64,000 bases of DNA from Eledone cirrhosa (lineage: Eukaryota): NCBI GenBank assembly GCA_964016885.1, contig OZ024745.1, forward strand, positions 47,306,001-47,370,000. The letters run 5' to 3'. The notes beneath the pieces are model-generated. The model was not told the DNA's origin and ran no database searches. It was given only the letters and a program-made list of their open reading frames with translations. Made by a program: the position numbers and the translations under genes. Positions 56,265-64,000 of this stretch are shown here, one piece after another. Positions within the stretch are counted from its first letter, which is position 1. Each line of letters begins with the position of its first letter.

Positions 56265-59004
56265 TTCAAATGTTTATAGTATCTTTTTTAGTGAATAGAT
56301 TGTTGTAAAAATTTGCAGTACACCAAAGACTATAATTTTCAATGTGATGCAGACATAGTGCTGATTTGTATAGATGTTTTAAGAATGTTTTACTAATATG
56401 GCTTCATGAATCTAGTAAAGGATGTTAAGGATTAAATTAATTTTTTTATTTTATTTTATTTTTGAAATAGTCTATGATTAAATAAAAGATATATTTTTAA
56501 TATCTAAATTAAGATCATATGAAAAAACATGAAATAGAACAAGAAATGAGTACTAACTGGAAATTGAACCTATATTTCTTAGTTGATGTGTTGGTGTATC
56601 AACTACTATACTGCTACCAGGCACAAACTCATGTCTACAAGAGAACTTCTATGCAGTTTCTTTTAATGACTAAAAATAGTAATCAAATCTCTTTCCAATT
56701 ACACCCTATCAATTCAATAAAGATAGGAAAGGCAGACACATTGCATAATTTCGTCTTAGATATACAAAACTATGGGAGAGTCACATTTGGAGTGTCTTTG
56801 ATCATAGGTCTGCTCAATCAGAGCTGACCTTGAACTAAACAGCAACTCCTTTGTATCCGCATTCTTGAAGTTGTATTCATGCTAGCATAGGGTAGACTTA
56901 TCTGCAAAACAGGCTTTTTTTCATTTTGTTTTCATGTTATTTTCATCTAGTATGTGGCTTCATTAAGTTCTCATATGACTATCTTGCTTCTAACATTTCT
57001 TAGTTTATCTCAACTCTGGCTACTAGCTCTTATCAGTGTGTTAAACCTAATCACCCAGCATGTCATCTCCATTAGATATCTATATCAATAAACTTACCTC
57101 ATTCTTTCTATTCTATCTAGCAACACAAATAAATTACATTAATTCTCCCCTTATTTCCAACTATTATGCTCTCAAAGCACATAGGAAAGAATCATAATTT
57201 TATTATATCTATTTTGATTTTCAAGGAAAATTTAACCTTTTGCATAAATATACCACTGAAAGTTGTAACATATCAGCTTAATGTACTAAGAAAATATGGA
57301 TGTCATTTGTTAATATTCTCTGATTTATTAATTTCATTTCTGTTGAATTCTACTTTGCCTTTCATCCTGCTGTGGTAGATAAAATAAAGTATCAATCAAA
57401 TAAAGTACCAATCAATATCCCCCCCCCCCCCCCCCCTTCCTTCATCTCTTCCATCCTCCAGTTTGTAGCTTTCTGTCTATGCTAGAAGTCAGTATTAATT
57501 GATTTATTGAATATTTGAAATGAAAGTGAAAAAGTTGTCTGAAAATCCTAATATTTATCAATTAACCAGCTTGAAATATTTTGACATTTTGACAAGTACA
57601 TTATTTGTATTACATTGAGTTCTTGCTTTTTTCTTGTTGTATAGTTCTGTTATCTGCATCATCTGTGTTTTCCATGGTGGCATGAATTGGACGAATCATC
57701 ATGGACTGAGTCAGTTCTTATTCAGAGTTACTATCTTCCTAGATGAGTTGGTGGACTACAGCTTGCTTATACATTCTATTTTGACATGATTTCTATGGCT
57801 GGATGTCATTCCACCTAACAACTTTACAGAGTGTACAGATGCATTTTATCATAGTACCAACACTAGAAAGGCTGTCATATCCTTGACAAGACCGAAGAGT
57901 CCTCTCAACCCTTTGTTTGGCATGATTTCTATGGCTGGATGCCTTTACTTTTACTAACTACTTTACAGAGGGTATTGGGTGCATTTTATCATCACCAGCA
58001 CCAGAAAGGTTATGTTCTTGACATGATTGAAGAGTCTTCGGTACTCTATGTTGTCTCCATTCATTCATTCACTAGCACTAGAAATTTTTTTTTTTTTTTC
58101 ATCCTTGGCAGATAAAAGAGAAAGGGACAAAAGAGAGTGAGAGTGAAAGGGAGATAGAAGGGAGTGTAAAGAAAGAAAAAGAAAGTAATAGACAGCTATG
58201 TGACGATTATTGGTAAGGTGATTGCATGGAAACAGCATGAGTGGAATAATGCAGAGAGAGATAGTTGTAAAAGAGTGGGAGTGATGGTAAGAGAGATAGC
58301 CTTTAACTGTTAATCATGAATTCTCTATAGTTATGGCATTTAACCATTAAATTATTATAGCTATGCTAGATAATCATTGAATAATTATTGCCATTAAATG
58401 ACTATTGTCATGAAGTTTAGGTAATATATTTAAATGCACTATCTAGTTTAGATAGCATAGATAAAATATTTATGTATGTTGCCCATGTTTCATCATTTGT
58501 ATATAAACTTTTAGTTCTATCAAGCCAAGTTCCAATGAATTTCCAATGGCATGTAGCCTAGTGGTTAAGGTATTGAACTCATGATAATAACTATGTTGTG
58601 TTCTTGAGGAAGATGCTTTAAAAAATTTTCAAGGAAGTGCCTCAGCATGACTGCATTCTAGTGACTGAAACCAGTAAAAGAACAAAATAATACAGTTCAC
58701 TTTGTAAAGTGGTTGGCATTAGGATGGGCACCCAGCTGTGAAAATTATGCCAAAAAAGGGATATATTGAGCAAGATGTCTCCTGATCTCCCTAGGAGGAC
58801 AGTAACTTCAATTAAGAACTACTGTGGTATGTAACAACTCTTCTAACACATGCCAGCATAGGAAAAGTGACATATAAAATGATTATTTTGAGAAAGGAGG
58901 CATGTTATTGTATTTTATCACTTGTGTATTGAAATATTGTAACATAATGACATATTGTTATTGCCAAGATATGTAATGATATATTATTGTTGATGTTTTT
59001 TTAG

Positions 59005-59183
59005 AGTTTATTCTGTGATGTACGACAGATGATATCTCATGTAAAGGAAGTACATGGTGGGACTTTACGCCGTGTCGCTCTCAGTGGATTATTAGATTCT
59101 CTTGAAAGACTTAGAAAAAAGAAATCAGTCGAAAAGGAAAAAGAAAATGATAGAGCTATTAAAGGAACCCCCATATCAACTAG
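59005..59183 (+). CDS. unc-80: unc-80 exon (SLFCDVRQMISHVKEVHGGTLRRVALSGLLDS...)
   Basis: ttttag|AGT and AG|gtaagc; matches the UNC80 L.CD.RQ...KE.HG..RRVALS.LLD motif; phase 0 in, phase 2 out. Confidence 0.9.
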
Positions 59184-59345
59184 GTAAGCATATCTTATAA
59201 AACAAATATATATCTTTGTATACTTCCTATGCCCTTACAACACCTACATTTTCAAACATTGCATCTTATTGTTGGTCTACCAGGAGCAACAAATGTGCTC
59301 ATTTAAACATACATTCATATGCACACATATACCATTATTCATTTA

Positions 59346-59531
59346 TGGTAGATTGGCAGAATCGGTAGAGCGTCAGACACTATGCTTTCTAGCATAGTTA
59401 CGTCCCTTTACAGTCTGAGTTCAAATCCCGCCGAGGTTAACTTTGCCTTTCATCCTTACGGGGTCGATAAAATAAAGTACCAGTAATGTACTGGGTAATT
59501 GCTGGCCTTGTGCCTAAAGTAGAAACAATTA
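59346..59531 (+). mobile_element. SINE family A with target-site duplication
   Basis: Flanked by ATTATTCATTTA on both sides. Confidence 0.87.
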
Positions 59532-60074
59532 TTCATTTAAAAACAATAATTAACTCATTGAAAATACAACTGTCTGTAAAAAGTGAATTAATATATTTCC
59601 TGTGTGCCTTGTTGAAATAATCTTAAAGACAAAGGCTTTCCAACACATTTCATATTCATGTTACTTTTTTATTGCAATACTTTTGTATGTTGCTAAAATA
59701 GTTTTATTGATGAAATATTTTCCATATATTTCATAGTGGTAAATGTTTTCCCTATTGTGTAATTCTTTAGTGTGTGAAGATTTTGTTTTCAAACAATGTT
59801 TTCCTACAAATTTCACAGACTATTCAGTGATATTTCTGTGTAACATTCTTTTTTTTAGTAAACATTTATCTAAGTCAAGGTTTCTAACTACTGTATTACT
59901 GCCCTACTGATAGGCCGTTTCAGTTTAACAGACTTCAAACATCCCTATTCCTAACTTCTCAATGTTCATCAATAAATTCGAAGATCAGACGATGGCAGCA
60001 GAACTGCAATTGGAAGAGTCCTACTTCTCTCATGGACAGCTCTCTCTTGGACTTCCATGTGTTGTAAAACAGAA

Positions 60075-60575
60075 CAGTGATGAATTTGAAGTGCAGGTGG
60101 GGGCCCATTAGGGCATAGTCTTCAGTCTACTCCTGCTTATCAGAGTCCTTCTGGCCATCCTTGAGGAGTTTAAAACTGGCATCCCATAGAAGCTCCTATA
60201 TACTGATCACCTTGTTCTCATAGCTGAATCTGTAGGAGAGTTAGAGGCAAAATTTTAAGCATGGAGGAAGAACCTAGAGCTGAAAGGCCTAAAAGTAAAC
60301 TTAGCAAAGATGAAAGTCCTAATAAGTAGGACAGAAGACAGGACGGTGATATCATCAGGGAAGAAGCCTTATTCGATACACCAGAAAGGGGTGGGCAGAA
60401 ATTCCATAAGGTGCACACAATGTAATTTATGGACACACAAGAGATGTAATGGGATGTAAAAAGCAAATGCATACGATAAATACAAGTTGCCAGGGAGACT
60501 CCTTAGAAGTAGTTGGCAGCTTTTGTTACCTAGGTGATCAGATTAGTAGTTGGGGAGGATGCACTGAAAGAATCA
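60075..60575 (+). mobile_element. Highly decayed RT fragment of the second RTE family
   Basis: Nucleotide similarity to ~33010-33570 (GAGGAGTTTAAAACTGGC..CTCCTATATACTGAT..CTCATAGCTGAATC; GTTACCTAGGTGA). Confidence 0.7.
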
Positions 60576-60937
60576 AATTTCTTTTCACTATTTTGTTTTG
60601 AGGTTTAACCCTTTTGATACCACCCTGCCTAAAACTTCTTCCTCTTCTAAAATAGAAAACTGTTTATTTTAAGGTTTTTATATTTATTTAGAAACCTTCC
60701 AATATAATTTATATAATGTTCTGAACACTAGCTTAATAATTAGAAAGTCATTTTACTAAACATGGTGGATTGGTTGAGTCGTTAAAATGTCAGCTTTGAA
60801 GTATTTGGTCTGGCTATCAGCAATCTAAGTTCAAAACTTGCTGAGGTTAACATTCTTTCATCTTTTCAAGGTTGATTAAAAAGTTCCAGTCCAACACTGA
60901 AGTTTATTCTTCCTCTATATCTCTTATTTCTTTATCA

Positions 60938-60940
<3 letters not shown>

Positions 60941-61008
<68 letters not shown>
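60941..61008. repeat. (TC)n microsatellite
   Basis: Read directly. Confidence 0.95.
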
Positions 61009-61012
<4 letters not shown>

Positions 61013-61348
61013 TCCTTCTCTGGAAGGATGTGTTCAGATCTGGAGACGGGATGGGTTGTGCCATGTTTAAAATGGCCAATACATACTGTATGTATTTACA
61101 TCAGGAGTTACAGGTCTATAAATGCACACATATTTTACTAAATCTCTCCAAATTCTTGATTATTTAGTAAATCATAAAAAAATCCTAAACAATGTCTTTC
61201 AATAGAATTATGGTAAGGAAATAGTTAATATAGTATCAGTGACTAAGTTTGAACTCATAATTTAAGCACAAAGTTACTAAAATATAGAAATTATAAGAAT
61301 TTTGAGGACCTGGTAGACATAATCAGTAATAATAACTTTTATCTTCAG

Positions 61349-61481
61349 ACACACTACTTCTGGGACATCTGACAGTGGAGATGAAAAAGATTGGCACAAA
61401 TCTTCTTGTGTGAGTGTCCATGAAGAATCTGCTCCTGTAATGAAATCACGACGGTCTATATTTCGCAAGAAAGTGAAAAAG
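61349..61481 (+). CDS. unc-80: unc-80 exon (HTTSGTSDSGDEKD...SRRSIFRKKVKK)
   Basis: cttcag|A and AAG|gtttgt; open frame; phase 2 in, phase 0 out. Assigned mainly by phase continuity. Confidence 0.78.
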
Positions 61482-61750
61482 GTTTGTTGATTTAAAAGTA
61501 CTTAATGCAAAAACACTTCATTTCACATTGCTCCAGTACACTCAGCTGAAAATGAGTACCAGCAATAGCTGGGGGTTTAACCTTGTGATGGACTGGTGTC
61601 CTGTCTAGGGGAGAGTCTTGTACTCTCAGTTGTTCACACCATGAAACCGGGATAAGCACCGGCTCAACGTGCATAACGGCATGCATGCAATGCATGAATA
61701 AACTCTTTTATTTGTGTTTATTTTAAAGTGATAGGCAAAGTCATATTGAA

Positions 61751-61830
61751 TCTTCTTCTTTCTTCTTCTTTCTTCTTCTTTCTTCTTCTTTCTTCTTCTT
61801 TCTTCTTTCTTCTTCTTCCTCCTCCTCCTT
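61751..61830. repeat. (TTC)n/(TTCTTTC)-type pyrimidine tract
   Basis: Read directly. Confidence 0.9.
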
Positions 61831-62066
61831 TGTCGACAAGTAGTTAGATGTATTCTTCGCAGATAAAATCATTTTGTTATGATTTGTTAGAAATTTGTGA
61901 GTGAATGTGTGAATGCAGAGATATTGGTTGTGTTTGTGCACAGCAGAATTACTGGCCCAGCTGCAGCAGAGCCTTAATGAGTGGTGACTGTATAGTTGAT
62001 AAAATAAAATATTAGTCATTTGCTGGAGTCAATATAACGACTTCCTCCTCTCTCAAAATTGTCGAC

Positions 62067-62977
62067 CTTGTGCCTAAACTGTTATTTCTAGCACATAACT
62101 GGTCTTGTGCCTAAAGTAGAAACTGTTATTTCTAGCACATAACTGGTCTTGTGCCTAAAGTAGAAACTGTTATTTCTAGCACATAACTGGTCTTGTGCCT
62201 AAAGTAGAAACTGTTATTTCTAGCACATAACTGGTCTTGTGCCTAAAGTAGAAACTGTTATTTCTAGCACATAACTGGTCTTGTGCCTAAAGTAGAAACT
62301 GTTATTTCTAGCACATAACTGGTCTTGTGCCTAAAGTAGAAACTGTTATTTCTAGCACATAACTGGTCTTGTGCCTAAAGTAGAAACTGTTATTTCTAGC
62401 ACATAACTGGTCTTGTGCCTAAAGTAGAAACTGTTATTTCTAGCACATAACTGGTCTTGTGCCTAAAGTAGAAACTGTTATTTCTAGCACATAACTGGTC
62501 TTGTGCCTAAAGTAGAAACTGTTATTTCTAGCACATAACTGGTCTTGTGCCTAAAGTAGAAACTGTTATTTCTAGCACATAACTGGTCTTGTGCCTAAAG
62601 TAGAAACTGTTATTTCTAGCACATAACTGGTCTTGTGCCTAAAGTAGAAACTGTTATTTCTAGCACATAACTGGTCTTGTGCCTAAAGTAGAAACTGTTA
62701 TTTCTAGCACATAACTGGTCTTGTGCCTAAAGTAGAAACTGTTATTTCTAGCACATAACTGGTCTTGTGCCTAAAGTAGAAACTGTTATTTCTAGCACAT
62801 AACTGGTCTTGTGCCTAAAGTAGAAACTGTTATTTCTAGCACATAACTGGTCTTGTGCCTAAAGTAGAAACTGTTATTTCTAGCACATAACTGGTCTTGT
62901 GCCTAAAGTAGAAACTGTTATTTCTAGCACATAACTGGTCTTGTGCCTAAAGTAGAATCTGTTATTTCTAGCACATA
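62067..62977 (+). repeat. 44-bp minisatellite, about 20 near-identical units, derived from the SINE family A 3' end
   Basis: Unit CTGTTATTTCTAGCACATAACTGGTCTTGTGCCTAAAGTAGAAA; period 44 (GGTCTT at 62101 and 62145). Confidence 0.97.
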
Positions 62978-63340
62978 CCAAAAGGTTGGTTTATTAAAAC
63001 ATATTGTACATGTAAACATAATTTATATAATAAATATGATCAGGACAAAAAGCACCCAGTACTCACTGTAAATGAAGTTGGCGCTAGGAAGGGTATCCAG
63101 CTGTAGAAACTAAACCAAAATCGGTTCTGTATGAGCAAGACATGGTCACCTGTCCTGGCATTGCTCAAAAAAAGATAACTCATCTAACCCATGCCAGCGT
63201 GGAAACATGGATGTTAAATGGTGATGATGATGATACAAAAGAAGCATATCAATAGAAATTAATTAAAAATTAATAATTTTTTTTTAAATCAGCAAAGACA
63301 TGCACACTCAATTACAATTATTTTTCTTTTTTTTTAATAG

Positions 63341-63497
63341 CCATTGGTGACACCTTATTCCACTGCCAGTGATTCTGAAATTCTTGAAGATACTTCCTTT
63401 TACAAACAAGGCTCCAGACTTAGTATGTCTGCAAGTGAAGATGACCCGCCATCTGGAAGTAATACACCAAAACGTAGATTCAGTAGATTTCAGTTAG
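63341..63497 (+). CDS. unc-80: unc-80 exon (PLVTPYSTASDSE...TPKRRFSRFQL); the gene continues beyond the window
   Basis: Long polypyrimidine tract, then aatag|CCA and G|gtatat; open frame; phase 0 in. Assigned by phase continuity. Confidence 0.75.
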
Positions 63498-64000
63498 GTA
63501 TATCCATTTATATATTTTGAATTCTGGCAGATTATTGCTAATTTTCTTTTGACAATTATATAACACAGATATCTGTGTTCCATTGTTGTTACTTTATATT
63601 CACAGATGCAGCCATCTTGATCTGTTTCCTGCCTTTTTCTATTTTTCTTTTAGAAATTATTTATAAAACCATTACAAGTATGTGAATTACTATTTATGTT
63701 ATTTTTGGGGTTGTCTATTCTTAATTGTTGTATTAATGATTTGTAATATATATTTCATTTCTTTCTTACTTTATATTATGGTTGAATAACTTGAAAGCAT
63801 TTTAGCCAGAATCTCATTATGAATTCCATTATTTCTGTAGGAGAAAATAGTCCTAATGACACTTGAAGATATTTATTTCTTAGACTTTTGTTTGCAGATA
63901 TATTTTGCTATTACTTTAGCTCATTTCTTTCCAGAACTTTACAAATTTTTTCAATGGAGATTTTACAGATTTTCTTCATAATATATATATATACATAATT

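Noticed and set aside
62067-62977. CRISPR array
   Set aside because: The units are head-to-tail identical with no unique spacers, there are no cas genes, and the context is a eukaryotic intron.

Overview
AT-rich animal genomic DNA. An octopus-like coleoid cephalopod is likely, but that is inferred from the repeat landscape only. From 28.6 kb onward the window lies inside a plus-strand unc-80 gene (NALCN channel-complex subunit). Seven phase-compatible coding exons were traced by hand (28568-28616, 45721-47942, 48576-48817, 54572-54750, 59005-59183, 61349-61481, 63341-63497). The first coding exon was not found and probably lies upstream of the window, so 1-28.5 kb is probably intronic too. 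The first ~24 kb is a huge interrupted (TA)n microsatellite holding five separate retro-insertions: a young RTE LINE with an open APE-RT-3xC2H2 ORF; an intact ~9.7-kb Penelope-like element (RT plus C-terminal GIY-YIG, Hydra-clade-like); a truncated second copy of that element in the opposite orientation; a ~1.2-kb near-perfect palindromic insertion; and a ~610-bp non-autonomous RTE partner. The most notable signals are in the Penelope-like element. It carries a type I hammerhead ribozyme with an unusually long (~115 nt) stem II, in three copies. Two independent insertions also share the same two fixed (TA)-abutting ends, which suggests a fixed-site twin-priming integration. The rest of the window holds decayed RTE, CRE, R4/Dong and mariner fragments, tRNA-derived SINEs, piggyBac-type MITEs and a homogeneous 44-bp tandem array built from a SINE 3' end. 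The many long Y/I/M/H/C-rich ORFs in the track are microsatellite artefacts.
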